Assembly: GCF_009914755.1 (NCBI RefSeq)
Contig: NC_060927.1
DNA from: the human T2T-CHM13v2.0 reference genome, Homo sapiens
Length of the DNA stretch: 64,000 nt
Reading direction: 5' to 3' (one strand)
This document shows positions 61,038-64,000 of this stretch, one piece after another. A model generated the notes under the pieces. That model was given only the letters and a program-made list of their open reading frames with translations. It made no database searches and was not told where the DNA came from. Numbering within the stretch: position 1 is the first letter of the stretch; each line of letters opens with the position of its first letter. A program made the position numbers and the translations under genes.

Positions 61038-61859
61038 CCTGAGAGTATGGAGCTGAACAAAAGGAATAACACAGTAATAAAATACTCCCCATTCTAAAGT
61101 GCCTTCTAGAAGGAAGGAATTCATCCTCTCTTGGGGTTTATGTGGATAACTTTGATTTAGAGAAAGAAGATCAAAACTTAATTCTGATCACCTGCTTTTT
61201 CCTCTTCTATCTCCCATTCCCCCCACCGACCACTCAACTGGGTGAGGAACTGAACAAGATTTTCTTTTTGTTATTTTTTCTGCCCTTTTAGGCTTTCTCC
61301 AATAGCATATCTTTCCCTATGCTTACTTCAATTTATGGATTAACACAACGGAAAGGGTGCAAAATAAAATGTTATCTTATAATATTTAACTATGATATTT
61401 AACTACTGAAAAGCAGACCCTATTTCAAAAATAGCAATTCTGTTAAACTTTTTCATTCAAACATTGTAGAATAGACTTACTTTTGTTGGTATTTCTGGGA
61501 ATATAGCAAATCATTGAAATTTGACACTTGGTTTTTTATATAAAAAAGGTATCTGAATTGTCAATATTCTCTGCTCATTTTAGTTTTTTGTTTATATGGT
61601 TTTACTCGTTTTAAATAAGCTGAAAGAAGAAAGCAGAGCAATTATACATTAACAGGTTTCTTTTGTTAAGCTTCTTATTTTTGAGTTTTTTTCTTGTTGC
61701 GGATACAAGTTATTGTCTGGAAACATTTTCTTAGCCCAGTATGATTTTTCTTCCACCTACCTCCTCTGCGCTGTTATTGGCATATACATTAAAATTTTAT
61801 TTATTTTTATTTTTATTATTTTAATTTATTTAAAGTTCAGGAGTACATGTGCCAGTTTC

Positions 61860-62350
61860 ATTTTTTGTTGTTGTTGTTCATTTGGTTGTTTTTGAGATGA
61901 GGTCTTGCCCTATCACCCAGGCTAGAGTCCAGTGGCACAAAAGCAGGTCACTGCAGCCTTGGCCTCCTGGGCTCAAGGGATCCTCTCACTTCATCCTTCT
62001 GAGTAGCTGGGACCACAGGCATGCTGCCACAAAGCCTGACTCATTTTTAATTTCTTTATAGAGGCAAGGGTCTCACTATGTTGTCCAGGCTGGTCTCGAA
62101 GTCCTGGGATCAAGTGATCCTTTCAGCTTGATCTCCCGAAATACTGGGTGTTGCTCTGTTGCCCAGGCTGGAGTGGCACGATCTCAGCTCACTGCAACCT
62201 CCACCTCCCAGTTACAGGCAATTCTTAAACCACAGCCTCCAGAGTAGCTGGGATTACAGGTGCATGCCATCACATCAGGCTAATTTTTGGTATTTTTAGT
62301 AAAGCTGGCGCGACCAGGCTGGTCTAGAACTCCTGACCACAAATGATCTA
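61860..62350 (-). mobile_element. AluJ plus an adjoining partial Alu
   Basis: Two antisense Alu bodies joined at about 62148. Confidence 0.85.
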
Positions 62351-62359
62351 AGCTTTCAC

Positions 62360-63915
62360 CTTTACAAACCAAGGACAAACAATCAATTTAAGCCTTAGGA
62401 AAGCAAAAGAAAAGATATCATGAAATAGAAGAAATCATAATTTGAAAACAGGTAAAGATAGTGAAAAGCTGGTTTTTGAATAAAAGCAGATGAAACTCTA
62501 CCAAGGCAAATAAAAAAGTCACAAAATATCAATATCTATAGCATAAGTAAAAGATAGGTCATTACTGGTAACTCCATAAACATTATTATAATAATAAAGA
62601 ACTACCCCAAACACATCTATGCCCTCAAATCAAATAACTTAGATGCAGTGGACTAATTTATTTGGAAGGCATGAAATACCAAAACTCACACAGGAGAACT
62701 AGATTATTCACTATTTCTATATGTATTTTAAAGATTGTATCAGTCAATAATAACCTTCCATAAAGAAAGCACCCATTATCCCTCACCAAAAAGAAATACT
62801 CATGCATAAATCTAACAAATATGTACAAACTCTATGTGAGGAAAACTACAAAACGTTGATGAAAGAAGTTCTAAAAGAACTAACTAAATGAAGAGATATT
62901 TAATTTTAATGGATCAGAAGACTCAATATTGTCAATATGTCATTTCTTCCCAATGTGAACTAAAGACTCAATGCAATCTTAATAAAAATTTGTGGGTATT
63001 AAAAAACTGATTCTACAGTTTCACAGAGACACAAAAGACTCAGAATAGCCAACACAATATTGAAGAACAAAGTTGGAGGGCTGGCATTACCCAATTTCAG
63101 GACTTACTGTAAAGCTATAGTATTAAAGATAGCATAGTATTGGTGAAAAAAATGGAAAAATAGATTAATCAAACAAAATAGGGAGCTTGGAAATAGATGC
63201 ACATACATATAGTCAATTGATCTTTGACAAAGGAGCAAAGGCAATGCAATAAAGCAAAGATAGTCTTTTCAACAAATGGTGCTTAAACAACTGCACATTC
63301 ACATAAAAGAAAACTAGATTTTACCCCTGATTTTACCCCTTTAACAAAATTAACTCGAAATAGGTTATAGACCTACATGAAAACTATAAAACTCCTAGAA
63401 TATAGCATAGGAGAAAACATAGATGGCAATGACCCTGTTGATACAGTACCACAGTCATGATCCAATAAAAAACTAATTGATAAGCTGGACAACATTAAAT
63501 TTTAAAAAAAAGCTGTCATGTTAAATACACTGCAAAGGGAATAAAAGACAAGACACTGACTGGGAGAATACATTTGCAAAAGATATGTATAATAAAGTTT
63601 TGTTATTCAAAATATACAAAAAAACCAGTTAAAGCTCTACAATTAGAAAACAAACCACAAGATTAAAAACTGTGCCAAAATCCTGAACAGACATCTCTCT
63701 AAAAAAATTAGATGAATAAATAAACATATGAAAAGATGTACCATGTCTTATAATATCAAGGAAAAGCTAATTAAAACAACAATAATCACTTCACACACAT
63801 TAGTGTGGCCAAATTCTAGAACACTGACAGTACCAAATGCTGGTAAGAATGTAGAGCAACAGAAACTCTTATTTATTGCTGGTAGGAATGCAAAAAGGTA
63901 CAGCCATTTTGAATT
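62360..63915 (+). mobile_element. Degraded L1M(C) ORF2 3' portion
   Basis: 'gatcagaagactcaatattg', 'atctttgacaaaggagc', 'ttttcaacaaatggtgct'. Confidence 0.8.
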
Positions 63916-64000
63916 ATTTTTGTACTCTGTACCAAATTTTCTGTTTTGTACTATTTTGTACCTTGCACAAGTGTACTACTGATACCAGTGGCAGCCAGTC

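Overview
AT-rich primate (probably human or ape) genomic DNA. Much of it is interspersed repeat: several old and middle-aged L1s, about a dozen Alus, THE1/MSTA LTRs, a solo LTR12/ERV9, Tigger3 and MER1 DNA transposons, and L2/MIR. I found no intact protein-coding gene. Reading the non-repeat islands on the minus strand by hand gives a series of about 14 AG...GT-bounded segments from about 61 kb down to about 11.5 kb. Their conceptual translations are full of stops and frameshifts but repeatedly show RGS (regulator of G-protein signalling) domain helix motifs. I infer an unprocessed, long-dead pseudogene of a large multi-RGS-domain protein with RGS22/RGSL1-like architecture; I could not identify the gene. 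An LTR12 sits inside one of its exons in the sense orientation, and a small Alu tail interrupts another. Other notable structures: an L1 3' transduction bounded by TSDs, a 270-bp local duplication, an internally deleted L1PA, nested and inverted L1s, and several perfect short palindromes. Repeat subfamily names and RGS assignments come from recalled consensus patterns, not database searches, and boundaries are approximate unless a TSD or splice site is quoted.
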